DNA of 64,000 nucleotides from an uncultured Actinomycetes bacterium (GCA_963706025.1 CAVPLM010000003.1:672001-736000); one strand, 5' to 3'. Counted from the first letter of the stretch, positions 17,555-28,312 are shown. Notes: generated from the sequence alone by a model not told the origin. Made by a program: numbers and translations.

Positions 17555-17898
17555 TGGGCCGGGTGACAACGCAGAAAAAGAAGTTCCGCATCAAGAAGGG
17601 CGACACCGTCCAGGTGATGCAGGGCAAAGAAGCCGGCAAGCGGGGCAAGGTCATGCGCGTGCTGGCAGAAGAAGAGCGCGTGGTGGTGGAGAGGGTCAAC
17701 TTCATCAAGCGGCATGTGCGCCCCTCGCAGAAGACACCTCAGGGCGGGGTCATCGAGCGTGAAGCCAGCATGCACATCAGCAGCGTCAGGCTGGTCTGCC
17801 CGGGCTGCGGCCGGCCCGTCCGAGTGGGCGTCCGCATGGAGGGCGAAGACAAGGTGCGCTACTGCAAGAAATGCGACGTCCAGGTGGATAAGGGTTAA
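17554..17898 (+). CDS. rplX: 50S ribosomal protein L24
   Basis: IKKGDTV KOW motif; carries CPGC...CKKC. Confidence 0.97.
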   Translation: MGRVTTQKKKFRIKKGDTVQVMQGKEAGKRGKVMRVLAEEERVVVERVNFIKRHVRPSQKTPQGGVIEREASMHISSVRLVCPGCGRPVRVGVRMEGEDKVRYCKKCDVQVDKG

Positions 17899-17900
17899 CG

Positions 17901-18449
17901 ATGGCAGTTCCCAGACTCAAAGAGAAATACCGCGCCGAGATCGTGCCGGCGATGCGTGAGCAGTTCGGCTACAAGAATGTCATGCAGGTACCCAGGGTCA
18001 TGAAGCTCACTCTCAATATGGGGGTAGGCGAGGGTACGCACGATGCCAAGGCCATGGAGGAAGCGTCGCTCCAGCTCGCTCAGATCAGCGGCCAGAAGCC
18101 ACAGGTGCGACGCGCGCGGAGGTCGGTGGCCAACTTCAAGTTGCGGACCGGCATGCCGGTGGGGCTGCGGGTCACCCTGCGCGGTGACCGCATGTACGAG
18201 ATGCTCGATCGACTCGTAAGTGTGGCCCTGCCCCGCATCCGGGACTTCCGAGGGGTTGGTGGCGAGAGCTTCGACGGTCACGGCAACTACAACCTGGGCG
18301 TGAAAGAGCAGCTCATTTTCCCGGAGATCGATTACGACAAGATCGATCGCACCCGGGGGCTCGACATCGCCATCACCACCACGGCCAATACGGACGACGA
18401 GGGACGGGCGCTCCTCAGATTGATGGGCATGCCCTTCCGCGAGAGCTGA
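17901..18449 (+). CDS. rplE: 50S ribosomal protein L5
   Basis: LPRIRDFRG and QLIFPEI motifs. Confidence 0.98.
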   Translation: MAVPRLKEKYRAEIVPAMREQFGYKNVMQVPRVMKLTLNMGVGEGTHDAKAMEEASLQLAQISGQKPQVRRARRSVANFKLRTGMPVGLRVTLRGDRMYEMLDRLVSVALPRIRDFRGVGGESFDGHGNYNLGVKEQLIFPEIDYDKIDRTRGLDIAITTTANTDDEGRALLRLMGMPFRES

Positions 18450-18468
18450 AGGATAGGAGCAACAGCGC

Positions 18469-18654
18469 ATGGCAAAGAAGTCGATGATCGCTAAGGCGCG
18501 ACGCCCGCAGAAGTACGCCGTTCGGGCGCGCAGCCGCTGCCTCCGCTGCGGCCGGCCGCGCGGCTACCTGCGCCGCTTCGGTCTGTGCCGCATCTGTCTA
18601 CGTGAACTGGCCCACCAGGGACTGATCCCTGGGGTCACCAAGTCGAGCTGGTAG
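18469..18654 (+). CDS. rpsN: 30S ribosomal protein S14 type Z
   Basis: 61 aa with CxxC...CxxC; ends in KSSW. Confidence 0.97.
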   Translation: MAKKSMIAKARRPQKYAVRARSRCLRCGRPRGYLRRFGLCRICLRELAHQGLIPGVTKSSW

Positions 18655-18662
18655 GAGGGGTC

Positions 18663-19061
18663 ATGTCACACACCGATCCCATCGCCGATATGCTGACCCG
18701 CATCCGGAACGCCAACAAGGCGCTCCATGCGCAGGTCGAGATGCCTTCTTCAAGTCAGAAGGTCGAGTTGGCCCGTGTTCTGAAGGACGAGGGCTACATC
18801 ACCGGCTACTCGATGGTGAAAGAGGGCAGCTTCGACAAACTGGTGATCGAACTCAAGTACACTGACGGCCGTCGCCGCGTCATCTCGCAGGTCAAGAGGG
18901 TCAGCAAGCCGGGCCGCCGCATCTATGCCAAGAAAGACAACCTCCCCAGGGTCCTCGGGGGCCTGGGCACGGCCGTCATCTCCACCTCGCGTGGCCTGAT
19001 GACCGCGCGGGAGGCGCAGCGGCAGGGTGTAGGCGGCGAAGTCATCTGTTTCGTCTGGTAA
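18663..19061 (+). CDS. rpsH: 30S ribosomal protein S8
   Basis: [12 protein letters not shown] and SKPGRRIY motifs. Confidence 0.98.
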   Translation: MSHTDPIADMLTRIRNANKALHAQVEMPSSSQKVELARVLKDEGYITGYSMVKEGSFDKLVIELKYTDGRRRVISQVKRVSKPGRRIYAKKDNLPRVLGGLGTAVISTSRGLMTAREAQRQGVGGEVICFVW

Positions 19062-19065
19062 CGAT

Positions 19066-19599
19066 ATGTCTAGGATAGGTAGAGCACCAATTACAGTACC
19101 CGGCGGCGTGGAAGTCACGATCGCCGGCAACAACGTCGCCGTCAAGGGCCCCAAGGGGGAGCTGACCCAGGACGTTCACCCCAACATGCAGGTGGCTTTG
19201 GCCGACGGCATGCTGACCGTCGCCCGGCCCGACGATACGGCGCCGAACCGCTCCCTGCATGGTCTGACCCGCACGCTCCTCTCCAACATGGTCACGGGGG
19301 TGACCACGGGCTTCGAGAAGAAGCTGGAGATCGTGGGTGTCGGCTATCGGGCTTCCAAGAAAGGTTCGGATCTGGAGATCCTCGTCGGTTATTCCCATCC
19401 GGTGGTGGTGCCACCGCCGGAGAACATCGAGTTCGAAGTGCCCGTTCCGACGCAGATCGTGGTCAGGGGCATCGACAAGCAGCGCGTCGGCCAGGTAGCC
19501 GCCGAGATACGTGCCCTCCGCAAACCCGAGCCCTACAAAGGCAAGGGTATTCGCTACGAAGGCGAAGTGGTGCGGCGCAAAGTCGGTAAGCGGGCGTAG
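19066..19599 (+). CDS. rplF: 50S ribosomal protein L6
   Basis: MSRIGR and [11 protein letters not shown] motifs. Confidence 0.98.
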   Translation: MSRIGRAPITVPGGVEVTIAGNNVAVKGPKGELTQDVHPNMQVALADGMLTVARPDDTAPNRSLHGLTRTLLSNMVTGVTTGFEKKLEIVGVGYRASKKGSDLEILVGYSHPVVVPPPENIEFEVPVPTQIVVRGIDKQRVGQVAAEIRALRKPEPYKGKGIRYEGEVVRRKVGKRA

Positions 19600-19614
19600 T
19601 AGGAAGAGGATTGT

Positions 19615-19971
19615 ATGACTTATCAAGATGACAAGAACCGGTCTCGGGAGCGGCGTGCGAACCGGGTGAGGGGCAAGGTGCGCGGCACCGCTGAACGTCC
19701 GCGTCTTTCCGTGTTCCGATCCAATCGGGCCATCTGGGCTCAGGTCATCGACGACGGGACCGGACGGACGCTGGCCAGCGCCGGCAGTGTTCATGTGAGC
19801 GAGAAGGGCCTATCGAAGAAAGACCAGGCTGCCAAGGTCGGGACGATCCTGGCGGAGCGGGCTAAGGCAGCCGGGGTCGAGCGCGTGGTGTTCGATAGGG
19901 GACCCTACCTGTACCACGGTCGAGTAAAGGCTCTGGCGGACGGTGCCCGCGAGGGCGGCCTGGACTTCTGA
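19615..19971 (+). CDS. rplR: 50S ribosomal protein L18
   Basis: RPRLSVFRS and [10 protein letters not shown] motifs. Confidence 0.98.
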   Translation: MTYQDDKNRSRERRANRVRGKVRGTAERPRLSVFRSNRAIWAQVIDDGTGRTLASAGSVHVSEKGLSKKDQAAKVGTILAERAKAAGVERVVFDRGPYLYHGRVKALADGAREGGLDF

Positions 19972-19990
19972 GGGAGAGAGAGGTAGCACT

Positions 19991-20539
19991 TTGGCGCAGA
20001 TCAAGGCAGATTCGCTTAACCTTCAGGAGAGCGTGATCCACATCAACCGCGTGGCCAAGGTGGTCAAGGGTGGTCGGCGTTTCTCGTTCACCGCTCTGGT
20101 CGCGGTCGGGGATGGAGAAAGCACGGTGGGCGTCGGCTATGGCAAGGCCAAAGAGGTGCCCCTGGCGATCCAGAAGGCCATAGAAGACGCACGCAAGAAC
20201 CTGTTCGTGGTGCCCAAGCACGGGAGCACCATCACCCATGAGATCGTGGGTCATCACGGCGCCGGGCGGGTGCTACTGCGACCGGCTTCCGCGGGGACGG
20301 GAGTGATCGCGGGCGGCGGGGTACGCGCGCTGCTCGAGTTGGGTGGGGTCCACGACGTCCTGACCAAGTGCCTGGGCACCACGAACCCCATCAACATGGT
20401 GCGGGCCGCCGAGCAGGGGCTTCGCGCCCTGCGCCGGCCCGAAGACATCGCCCTGCAGCGCGGCAAGACCGTCCGGGAGATCTTGGGCATGGGCCCGGTC
20501 GACGAACCGGCGCCGGCCGCGGCCGGGACCGGAGAGTGA
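19991..20539 (+). CDS. rpsE: 30S ribosomal protein S5
   Basis: [16 protein letters not shown] motif; TTG start. Confidence 0.97.
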   Translation: MAQIKADSLNLQESVIHINRVAKVVKGGRRFSFTALVAVGDGESTVGVGYGKAKEVPLAIQKAIEDARKNLFVVPKHGSTITHEIVGHHGAGRVLLRPASAGTGVIAGGGVRALLELGGVHDVLTKCLGTTNPINMVRAAEQGLRALRRPEDIALQRGKTVREILGMGPVDEPAPAAAGTGE

Positions 20540-20543
20540 CCCT

Positions 20544-20735
20544 ATGCTGAAGATCACCCAGGTTAAGAGCCGCATCAATCGCAAGAAGGATCACAAGGGC
20601 ACGCTGGATGCTCTCGGCATCAGCCGCATGCACCAGACGGTCTATCACGAAGACACTCCGGCCATCCGGGGCATGGTGCATAAGATCTCGTATATGCTCC
20701 AAGTGGACGTGGTCGACATCAAGGACAAAGGATAG
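20544..20735 (+). CDS. rpmD: 50S ribosomal protein L30
   Basis: LKITQVKS and TPAIRGM motifs; operon position. Confidence 0.95.
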   Translation: MLKITQVKSRINRKKDHKGTLDALGISRMHQTVYHEDTPAIRGMVHKISYMLQVDVVDIKDKG

Positions 20736-20737
20736 AG

Positions 20738-21211
20738 ATGGGAGACATCTTCCTGCACAATCTGCGGCCCGACCCCGGGGCCCGGCGTGGCAAGAAGCGC
20801 GTGGGCCGGGGCGAAGGCTCAGGCGTGGGCAAGACTTCGGGCCGGGGCCACAAGGGTTCGAAGCAGCGTTCCGGGGGACGGATATCGCCCCGGTACGAAG
20901 GCGGTCAGATGCCTCTGCACATGAGGTTGCCCAAACTGCGGGGCCCGCTGGCCAAGACCGCCATGCCCATCGGGCCGTTCCGCACCTACATGACGCCCGT
21001 CAATCTGTCGCGGCTCGCGGTGTTCGCCGAGGGTGAAGTGGTGTCGCCGGAAGCGCTGCTGGAGCGGGGCATCATCAAGAAGGCGGACGCGAGGGTCAAG
21101 ATCCTGGCGATGGGCGAACTGGCTCAGCCTCTCACGATCAAGGCTCACGGCTTCAGCGCCGCGGCGATGGCCAAGATCGAGGCCGCCGGCGGCACGGCGG
21201 AAATCATCTGA
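20738..21211 (+). CDS. rplO: 50S ribosomal protein L15
   Basis: GRGEGSGVGKTSGRG and EGGQMPL motifs. Confidence 0.97.
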   Translation: MGDIFLHNLRPDPGARRGKKRVGRGEGSGVGKTSGRGHKGSKQRSGGRISPRYEGGQMPLHMRLPKLRGPLAKTAMPIGPFRTYMTPVNLSRLAVFAEGEVVSPEALLERGIIKKADARVKILAMGELAQPLTIKAHGFSAAAMAKIEAAGGTAEII

Positions 21212-22461
21212 TGCTGCAGTCCCTGCTCAACGCCTGGAGGCTTCCGGATCTCCGGAAGAAGCTGCTCTTCACGGCCATGATCATTGCGATCTACCGGCTG
21301 GGTTGTTACATCCCGGTGCCTGGCGTCAGCGTGGATGCCATCCAGGAAATGTTCAACACTGGGGGTGTGTTCGACTTCTACAACCTTTTCGCCGGTGGCG
21401 GCTTGGAGCGGGTGGCCGTCTTCGCCATGGGCATCATGCCCTATATCACGGCGTCGATCATCATGCAGCTGCTCACCATGGTCATCCCCCGGCTGGAAGC
21501 CCTCATGAAGGAGGGCGAAGCGGGTCAGAAGAAGGTCAACCAGTACACCCGTTATTTCACCGTCATCCTCGCCCTTATCCAGGCGATAGGCTTCGTCTTT
21601 CTTTTCCGCAGCTACGGCGCCTTTCCCCCCGACGCGCCGCTCACGCCGCTCCGTTTCTACCTCATCGTTCTCACTCTGACGGTCGGCACGGCGCTGGTCA
21701 TGTGGATGGGCGAGCTCATCACCCAACGGGGCATCGGGAACGGTATCTCACTCATGATCTTCGCGAGCATCGTGTCGCGGCTTCCCAGCGGGATCCAGAA
21801 GCTCTTCACCCTCAACCCCGCGTATTGGGTGCTCATGGGCGTCATCGCCGTAGCTGTCGTGGCAGCCGTCGTCTATATCACAGAGGGTCAGCGCCGCATC
21901 CCTGTTCAGTATGCGAAGCGGGTGGTGGGGCGCAAGGTCTACGGCGGGCAGAGCACCTACCTTCCGCTGCGGATAAACATGGCCGGCGTCATCCCGGTGA
22001 TATTCGCCTCTTCGGTGCTCTTGTTCCCGGTCACCTTGGCGCAGATGACTCCCTGGACCTGGGCCAAGAGGCTGGCGGAGATCCTCGGTCCGGGCTCCTG
22101 GTGGTATCTGGTGGCCGAGATCGTGTTGATCATCCTCTTCACCTACTTCTATACGGCCGTGCAGTTCAACCCCATCGACCAGGCCGAGAACCTCAAGAAA
22201 TATGGGGGGTTCGTCCCAGGCATCCGCCCCGGACGGCCCACCGCCGTCTATCTGGATCATGTGCTGACCCGCATCACGTTCCCGGGTGCGCTGTTCTTGG
22301 CGGCCATCGTGCTGCTGCCCACCCTGCTGATTCGGCTCTTGAACGTGCCCTTCTACTTTGGGGGAACTTCACTCCTGATCGTCGTAGGGGTGGCTCTGGA
22401 TACGATGAAGCAGATGGAATCTCAGCTGCTGATGCGGCACTACGAAGGTTTCCTCAAGTAG
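21211..22461 (+). CDS. secY: Preprotein translocase SecY
   Basis: Multi-TM protein with GIMPYITASII and PGIRPG motifs. Confidence 0.98.
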   Translation: MLQSLLNAWRLPDLRKKLLFTAMIIAIYRLGCYIPVPGVSVDAIQEMFNTGGVFDFYNLFAGGGLERVAVFAMGIMPYITASIIMQLLTMVIPRLEALMKEGEAGQKKVNQYTRYFTVILALIQAIGFVFLFRSYGAFPPDAPLTPLRFYLIVLTLTVGTALVMWMGELITQRGIGNGISLMIFASIVSRLPSGIQKLFTLNPAYWVLMGVIAVAVVAAVVYITEGQRRIPVQYAKRVVGRKVYGGQSTYLPLRINMAGVIPVIFASSVLLFPVTLAQMTPWTWAKRLAEILGPGSWWYLVAEIVLIILFTYFYTAVQFNPIDQAENLKKYGGFVPGIRPGRPTAVYLDHVLTRITFPGALFLAAIVLLPTLLIRLLNVPFYFGGTSLLIVVGVALDTMKQMESQLLMRHYEGFLK

Positions 22462-22495
22462 CGCTGTGGTAGGCGAGAAAGAAGGGATAGAGAGC

Positions 22496-23173
22496 GTGAC
22501 CCACTTCAACCTCATTCTGCTCGGACCGCCCGGGGCAGGGAAAGGTACCCAGGCCGGCCTCATCGTGGCCGAGTACGGTATCCCTCATGTCTCCACCGGC
22601 GACATCCTACGCTCGGCCGTCAAGAACCAGACGCAGATGGGTCTGGAGGCCAAGAAGTACATGGATGCCGGAGAGCTGGTGCCCGACAGCGTGGTGATCG
22701 GCATCGTCAGGGATCGCCTGCAGGAGCCCGACACTGCCAGGGGCTTCCTGATGGACGGCTTCCCGCGGACCATCCCTCAGGCGGAGGAACTGGACGCCGT
22801 CCTCGACGGCTTAGGACGGGGGGTGACGAAGACCCTCGTGATCCTGGTGGATGAAGAGGATCTGGTGCGTCGCCTTACCGGGCGCCGCATCTGCCGCGTC
22901 TGCCAGGCCCCCTTCCACGTGATGTTCAACCCGCCCAAGCGTGAAGGCGTGTGCGACAAGTGCGGCGGTGAGCTCTACCAACGCGACGACGATTCCGAGG
23001 CCACGGTGCGCAATCGGCTCGAGGTCTACCGCAACCAGACCGAGCCACTCATCGGTTACTACGACCAGGCGGGGGTTGTCGCGCGCATCGACGGTGCGCA
23101 GTCACCCGACGAGGTCTATGAGGACATACGCATGGCTCTCGGTCAGGTCGGGGGAGGAGCCGGGGACGCTTGA
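22496..23173 (+). CDS. adk: Adenylate kinase (Zn-lid type)
   Basis: GPPGAGKGTQA and DGFPRT motifs; CxxC...CxxC lid. Confidence 0.97.
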   Translation: MTHFNLILLGPPGAGKGTQAGLIVAEYGIPHVSTGDILRSAVKNQTQMGLEAKKYMDAGELVPDSVVIGIVRDRLQEPDTARGFLMDGFPRTIPQAEELDAVLDGLGRGVTKTLVILVDEEDLVRRLTGRRICRVCQAPFHVMFNPPKREGVCDKCGGELYQRDDDSEATVRNRLEVYRNQTEPLIGYYDQAGVVARIDGAQSPDEVYEDIRMALGQVGGGAGDA

Positions 23174-23195
23174 GGTCTGGGAGAGCGACGACACG

Positions 23196-23957
23196 GTGAT
23201 CATCAGAAAGTCGCAGGCGGAGTTGGAGAAGATGGCCCGGGCGGGCAGGGTGGTCCAGGGATGCTTGGACCTCATGGCCCAGGAGATAAAGCCGGGCATA
23301 ACAACGAAAGAGTTGGATCGGTTGGCTGAGAGATTCATACGCGCGAAGGGCGGTGTGCCTACGTTCAAAGGCTTCCGGGGTTTCCCGGGGTCCATTTGCA
23401 CGTCGCCCAACGACATGGTGGTCCACGGCATCCCAGATGGCACCCGGCTGAGGGAGGGCGACATCCTGGGGGTCGATGTGGGCGTCACCTTGGAAGGCTA
23501 TATCGCCGACGCCGCGCGTACCTTGCCGGTGGGCGAGATCTCCGAGGTCGCACGGGAGTTGCTTCAGGTCACCGAGGAATCGCTGTACGAGGGGATCGCC
23601 CAGTGCCAGGTCGGTAACCGGGTGGGGGATATCTCTCATGCCGTGCAGACTCATGCCGAGGCGCACGGTTTCTCGGTGGTGCGGAGCATGGTCGGCCATG
23701 GTGTGGGCCGTGACATGCACGAAGATCCACAGATGCCCAATTTCGGCCCGCCGGAGCAGGGTCCCGAGTTACGAGACGGCATGGTCCTCGCCATAGAGCC
23801 CATGGTGAACGTGGGCGGGTTCGAGGTGGAGATAGGTGATGATTCCTGGGCCATCTATTCGAAGGACGGCAGTCTCTCCGCTCATTTCGAACACACGGTG
23901 GCCATCACCCGGACGGGCCCCCGCATCCTTACCGCGGCTGAAGTAGCTGGAGCCTAG
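23196..23957 (+). CDS. map: Methionine aminopeptidase type I
   Basis: VHGIP, GHGVG and SAHFEHT motifs. Confidence 0.96.
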   Translation: MIIRKSQAELEKMARAGRVVQGCLDLMAQEIKPGITTKELDRLAERFIRAKGGVPTFKGFRGFPGSICTSPNDMVVHGIPDGTRLREGDILGVDVGVTLEGYIADAARTLPVGEISEVARELLQVTEESLYEGIAQCQVGNRVGDISHAVQTHAEAHGFSVVRSMVGHGVGRDMHEDPQMPNFGPPEQGPELRDGMVLAIEPMVNVGGFEVEIGDDSWAIYSKDGSLSAHFEHTVAITRTGPRILTAAEVAGA

Positions 23958-23972
23958 CAGGATGAGCCCTTG

Positions 23973-23981
23973 TGCTAAGAT
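23973..23981 (+). promoter_or_regulatory. Extended -10 promoter upstream of infA
   Basis: TGcTAAGAT in the map-infA spacer. Confidence 0.45.
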
Positions 23982-24022
23982 AAGCGGCCGACTTTCAGGC
24001 GGGGGTAGTTGGGTGGCGAACC

Positions 24023-24244
24023 GTGTGTCCTAAAGAGGAAGCCATTGAGCTCGAGGGCGAGGTCATCGAAGCCCTGCCCAATACCATGTTCAGGGTCAAG
24101 CTTGACAATGAGCTGGAGATCCTGGCTCACATATCCGGCAAGATGCGCATGAACTACATCCGGATCTTACCGGGTGACAGAGTCAAGGTCGAGTTGTCGC
24201 CGTACGATCTGACCCGCGGTCGGATCACGTATCGCTTCAAGTAG
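24023..24244 (+). CDS. infA: Translation initiation factor IF-1
   Basis: LPNTMFRV and [10 protein letters not shown] motifs. Confidence 0.98.
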   Translation: MCPKEEAIELEGEVIEALPNTMFRVKLDNELEILAHISGKMRMNYIRILPGDRVKVELSPYDLTRGRITYRFK

Positions 24245-24258
24245 AGGAAGGGCGTCAG

Positions 24259-24372
24259 ATGAAAGTAAGGGCGTCGGTCAAACCGATGTGTGAGAAGTGC
24301 AAGATAGTGCGGCGGCGCGGCGTGGTGCTGGTCATCTGCCAGAACCCGCGTCACAAGCAGCGGCAAGGCTAG
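24259..24372 (+). CDS. rpmJ: 50S ribosomal protein L36
   Basis: Not in the ORF track. Hand translation: [37 protein letters not shown]. Confidence 0.98.
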   Translation: MKVRASVKPMCEKCKIVRRRGVVLVICQNPRHKQRQG

Positions 24373-24490
24373 GAGGCTGCCGAATCATGAAGCCACGGCC
24401 ATCAGTACGCACTGGGCGGCGCGATAGTTTGTCCTCGGTCACGCGTAGCCTCTCACCTTTGGCGCAACTTCATCATTCAGCAGCCTATTG
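24373..24490. repeat. Palindromic intergenic element, copy 2 (MITE/REP-like)
   Basis: Terminal inverted repeat AGGCTGCCGAATCATGAAG / CTTCATCATTCAGCAGCCT, 17 of 19 positions paired. Confidence 0.65.
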
Positions 24491-24505
24491 AGGCAGGAGT
24501 AGCGT

Positions 24506-24883
24506 ATGGCTCGTATCGCTGGTGTCACTCTCCCCCGGGAGAAACGGATCGAGATCGGTCTGACCTACGTGTACGGCATCGGCCGGTCCATGTCCAACAG
24601 GATCCTCTCAGCTGTGAAGATCGATCCTGAGACGCATGTCAAGGATCTCACGGAGGACGAAGAGATCCGTCTGCGTGGCTACATCGAGGACAACGTCCTG
24701 GTCGAGGGCGACCTGCGGCGTGAGCGCAGCCAGAACATCAAACGACTGATGGAGATCGGCTGCTACCGGGGTATCAGACATCGGCGCGGCATGCCTGTCC
24801 GCGGCCAGCGTACCAAGACGAACTCCCGGGTGCGCAAAGGGCATAAGCCGACAGTGGGCGTCAAGAAGAAGGTGCGGGTCTAG
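24506..24883 (+). CDS. rpsM: 30S ribosomal protein S13
   Basis: MARIAGV and [10 protein letters not shown] motifs. Confidence 0.98.
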   Translation: MARIAGVTLPREKRIEIGLTYVYGIGRSMSNRILSAVKIDPETHVKDLTEDEEIRLRGYIEDNVLVEGDLRRERSQNIKRLMEIGCYRGIRHRRGMPVRGQRTKTNSRVRKGHKPTVGVKKKVRV

Positions 24884-24930
24884 CCGTCTGGCTTTCTCGC
24901 AGGGATATCTAGGGACGGAGTTAAGAAGAC

Positions 24931-25338
24931 ATGCCGAAACCGAAACGCACTACCACCGGTACGCGTGGGCGGCGCCGCAAGGTGCGGAAGAGCATCGCGG
25001 TAGGCAACGCCTACATCAAGACGTCGTTCAACAACACCCTTGTGACCCTCACCGACAAAGAGGGAAACGTGATCGCGTGGGCGAGCGCCGGTTCGGCGGG
25101 CTTCAAAGGCTCGCGTAAGTCCACCCCCTTCGCCGCGCAGGTGACGGCCGAGAGGGCGGCCCGGGCCGGGATGGAGCACGGGCTGCAGAAAGTGGACTGC
25201 TACGTCAAAGGACCGGGGAGTGGTCGCGAGACCGCCATCCGGTCGCTGCAGGCCACCGGTCTCGACGTGACCAGTGTCAAGGACGTCACCCCCATCCCTC
25301 ACAACGGTTGCCGCCCCAAGAAGCGGCGCCGGGTCTAG
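24931..25338 (+). CDS. rpsK: 30S ribosomal protein S11
   Basis: RKSTPFAA and [12 protein letters not shown] motifs. Confidence 0.98.
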   Translation: MPKPKRTTTGTRGRRRKVRKSIAVGNAYIKTSFNNTLVTLTDKEGNVIAWASAGSAGFKGSRKSTPFAAQVTAERAARAGMEHGLQKVDCYVKGPGSGRETAIRSLQATGLDVTSVKDVTPIPHNGCRPKKRRRV

Positions 25339-25353
25339 GGCGGAGTAGCGAGC

Positions 25354-25980
25354 ATGGCCAGAGATAGGTCTCCACAGTGCAAGCAGTGCCGCCGGGAGGG
25401 CGAGAAGCTCTTCCTCAAAGGCGAGCGTTGCCTGACCGACAAGTGCGGGGTCGACCGGCGGGCGTATCCCCCGGGTGAGCACGGCCGCGGCCGTAGGCGC
25501 AAGCAGTCCGAGTACCTCACCCAGCTACGGGAGAAACAGAAGGCGCGCCGCTATTACGGGGTCCTCGAAGGACAGTTTCGCAACTACTATGCGTCGGCCG
25601 CCCGGCAATCGGGCATGACCGGCGAGAACCTGTTGCGTCTCCTCGAGCTACGGTTGGACAACGTCGTCTACCGTCTGGGTTTCGGCGCTTCCCGCCGGCA
25701 GGCCCGGCAGCTCATACGGCACGGTCACTTCACGGTCAACGGCCGCCGGGTGAACATACCTTCGTACCGGGTGAAGCCGGACGATATCATCACGGCCGTA
25801 CTCGACAGCGAGGGCCTGAAGGCGCTCGTCGAGGATGCCACGGATCTCACGGCCTCTGTGCCTGCCTGGCTCCAGGCCGACCACGACAACATGCTGGGCA
25901 AAGTCCTTCGTCTGCCCGAGCGGGCCGATATCGATATCCCCATCCAGGAGTCGCTCATCGTCGAGTTGTACTCCAAGTAG
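25354..25980 (+). CDS. rpsD: 30S ribosomal protein S4
   Basis: [19 protein letters not shown] and IVELYSK motifs. Confidence 0.98.
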   Translation: MARDRSPQCKQCRREGEKLFLKGERCLTDKCGVDRRAYPPGEHGRGRRRKQSEYLTQLREKQKARRYYGVLEGQFRNYYASAARQSGMTGENLLRLLELRLDNVVYRLGFGASRRQARQLIRHGHFTVNGRRVNIPSYRVKPDDIITAVLDSEGLKALVEDATDLTASVPAWLQADHDNMLGKVLRLPERADIDIPIQESLIVELYSK

Positions 25981-25993
25981 ACAGGAGGGCCGA

Positions 25994-26950
25994 TTGTTAG
26001 ATTTTGCCACCCCGCATAGCGCCTACGAACCGGTTGCTGAGAACCAAGGCCGCTTTGTGGTAGAGCCGCTGGCCCGTGGTTTCGGGTATACCTTCGGCAA
26101 CGCTCTCCGGCGGGTGCTGCTCTCTTCGCTCGAAGGCGCCGCCATCTCGGCGGTCAAGATCACCGGAGTGGAGCACGAGTTCTCGACGGTGCCTCACGTC
26201 AAAGAAGATGTCACCGACATCATCCTCAATCTCAAGAGGATAGTCTTCGTCCTGCATGGCGATGACGACGAGCACGAGGTCGAACTGGTCAAGGACGGCC
26301 CCGGGATCATCACTGCCGGTGATATCCAGCTTCCTGCAACTGTCGAGGTCGTGGATCCGCTCGCGTACATCGGCACCCTGGAAGATGGGGGCCGGCTGGA
26401 GATGCAGTTGACGGTGCGTCGGGGCCGGGGATATGCATCCGCCGACGACAACAAAGGCATCGAGACCATCCTGGGAGTCATCCCCATAGACTCGATCTTT
26501 TCCCCGGTCACCAAGGTGGCGTACAGCGTAGAACCAGCGCGGGTGGGTCAGCGCACCGATTTCGACAAGCTGACGCTCGAGGTGCAGACCAACGGCGCCC
26601 TCGAGCCGCGGGCGGCGCTGGCCAAGGCGGCAGCCCTGCTGCGCGACGACCTGTCGATCTTTCTGGAGGACGGGGACGAAGAAGAGGACGAGTTCTCCCT
26701 GGAGTCCGGAGCCGGTCAAGCGGACGTTCTCTTGGGTAGACCTTCGGGATCCGACGATACGCCTATCGAAGAACTGGAACTGGGAGTGCGCTCCTACAAT
26801 TGCCTGAAGCGTGAGGGCATCGAGACGGTCGGTGACCTGATCGCCAGGTCTGAGCAGGAGCTGATGTGCATCCCCAATCTTGGTCGCAAGACCATAGAAG
26901 AGGTGCGCGAGCGCCTCGAGCAGAGCAACCTGAAGCTCAAGGGAGAGTAG
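25994..26950 (+). CDS. rpoA: RNA polymerase alpha subunit
   Basis: TTG start after AGGAGG; GNALRRVLLSS motif; CTD with LELGVRSYNCLK. Confidence 0.98.
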   Translation: MLDFATPHSAYEPVAENQGRFVVEPLARGFGYTFGNALRRVLLSSLEGAAISAVKITGVEHEFSTVPHVKEDVTDIILNLKRIVFVLHGDDDEHEVELVKDGPGIITAGDIQLPATVEVVDPLAYIGTLEDGGRLEMQLTVRRGRGYASADDNKGIETILGVIPIDSIFSPVTKVAYSVEPARVGQRTDFDKLTLEVQTNGALEPRAALAKAAALLRDDLSIFLEDGDEEEDEFSLESGAGQADVLLGRPSGSDDTPIEELELGVRSYNCLKREGIETVGDLIARSEQELMCIPNLGRKTIEEVRERLEQSNLKLKGE

Positions 26951-26951
26951 A

Positions 26952-27302
26952 GTGAGGCACCAGAGAAAAGGAAGGCGGTTCGGTATCCAGCCGAGCCATC
27001 GCCGGCAGATGCTGGCGAATCTTGCCTGCTCTGTGCTCGAGCATGGACGCATCAAGACGACGGAGGCGCGGGCAAAAGAAGTGAAGCCCATCGTGGAGAA
27101 GATGATCACCATGGGCAAGTCGGGCGATCTCAACTCGCGCCGCACGGCCATCAGCCAGCTGCGCAACAAGCAGATATCGTACAAGCTGTTCAACGAGATA
27201 GCGCCCAAGTACGAGGACCGGCCGGGCGGCTACACCCGCATCGTCCACCTCGGGCCCCGCTTGGGCGACGCGGCTGAGATGGTGTTTCTGGAGCTCGTAT
27301 AG
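26952..27302 (+). CDS. rplQ: 50S ribosomal protein L17
   Basis: MRH..., IKTTEARAKE and RPGGYTRI motifs. Confidence 0.98.
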   Translation: MRHQRKGRRFGIQPSHRRQMLANLACSVLEHGRIKTTEARAKEVKPIVEKMITMGKSGDLNSRRTAISQLRNKQISYKLFNEIAPKYEDRPGGYTRIVHLGPRLGDAAEMVFLELV

Positions 27303-27400
27303 CCAGCGCGGCGCCGGGATGACGGCGAGGCGGAACTAGATTGACGGCAGACTCGATGCCGGGGCCCGATAGACCCCGGCATTCGGTTTTCTGGGGGGAC

Positions 27401-27460
27401 CCTGGGGTCGGGAGACCGGAGGGGCCGGCGCCTGGGGTTGGGAGGCCGGAAGGGCCGGCG
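27401..27460 (+). repeat. 30-bp tandem duplication
   Basis: cctggggtcgggagaccggaggggccggcg occurs twice, 27/30 identical. Confidence 0.9.
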
Positions 27461-27463
27461 GAG

Positions 27464-28303
27464 GTGATCCTGACGGGCAGACACCGCATGGAACTGCAGT
27501 ACGACGGGACCGGGCTGCACGGCTGGGCGAGGCAGGAAGGGCTGCCCACTGTGGAGGGATGCTTGGAGGCCGCCCTCGCGACCGTGCTGGGTAGCGCCCC
27601 GGCGCTCCGGGTCGCCGGCCGGACCGACGCCGGCGTGCACGCACGCCGGCAGGTGGTGAGCCTTCTACTGCCGGCGGATGTCGACCCGGTGCAGCTGGTC
27701 CGATCCCTGAACGCCCTCACTCCGCCGGGCATCGCCATCACGCGCATCGTTCGCGCGTCAGCGGCCTTTGATGCACGGAAAGACGCGGTGAGCAGGACCT
27801 ACCGATACTTCCTCTCCACCGGCGAGATCGTCTCCCCCTTCTGGGCCAGGTACTGCTGGCATGTGCATGGGGAGTTGGACGTGCAGGCCTTGCGGGCGGC
27901 CGCGGCCCTGGTGGCCGGCGGCCACGACTTCAGCGCCTTCACCCCCACCGAGACCGAACACGTGTCCTTCGACCGGTTGGTGCTGCGCTGTGGATGGAAG
28001 AAGATGCGCGGCGGACTACCCGCCGTTGCTCCACCCCCAGGCGCTGCACGATGGGGTCCAGGCCGCGACCCGTCCGATGTCACGAGGGGGTTAGGGTACC
28101 TGGAGATCGAAGCCGAGGCTTTTCTGCGCCGCATGGTCCGCTCTCTGGTGGGGACCATGCTGGAAGTGGCCCGGGGGGAGCGCACGCTCGAGGATTTCCG
28201 CCGGCTGCTGCTGGGCGCTCCTCGGGAGGAGGCAGGACCTACTGCGCCCGCCCACGGACTATTCTTGTGGGACGTGCGCTACGCGGCGGCGCGGACGGCC
28301 TGA
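27464..28303 (+). CDS. truA: tRNA pseudouridine(38-40) synthase
   Basis: YDGT, AGRTDAGVHA and APAHGL motifs. Start uncertain (27341, 27464 or 27488). Confidence 0.93.
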   Translation: MILTGRHRMELQYDGTGLHGWARQEGLPTVEGCLEAALATVLGSAPALRVAGRTDAGVHARRQVVSLLLPADVDPVQLVRSLNALTPPGIAITRIVRASAAFDARKDAVSRTYRYFLSTGEIVSPFWARYCWHVHGELDVQALRAAAALVAGGHDFSAFTPTETEHVSFDRLVLRCGWKKMRGGLPAVAPPPGAARWGPGRDPSDVTRGLGYLEIEAEAFLRRMVRSLVGTMLEVARGERTLEDFRRLLLGAPREEAGPTAPAHGLFLWDVRYAAARTA

Positions 28304-28312
28304 AGCTGCTCG

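Noticed and set aside
28007-28095. Pro/Ala/Gly-rich in-frame inserts in TruA, PrmC, DUF1385 and the nucleotidyltransferase as a possible coding palindromic element
   Set aside because: I found only short GC-rich pairings and no shared sequence among the inserts.
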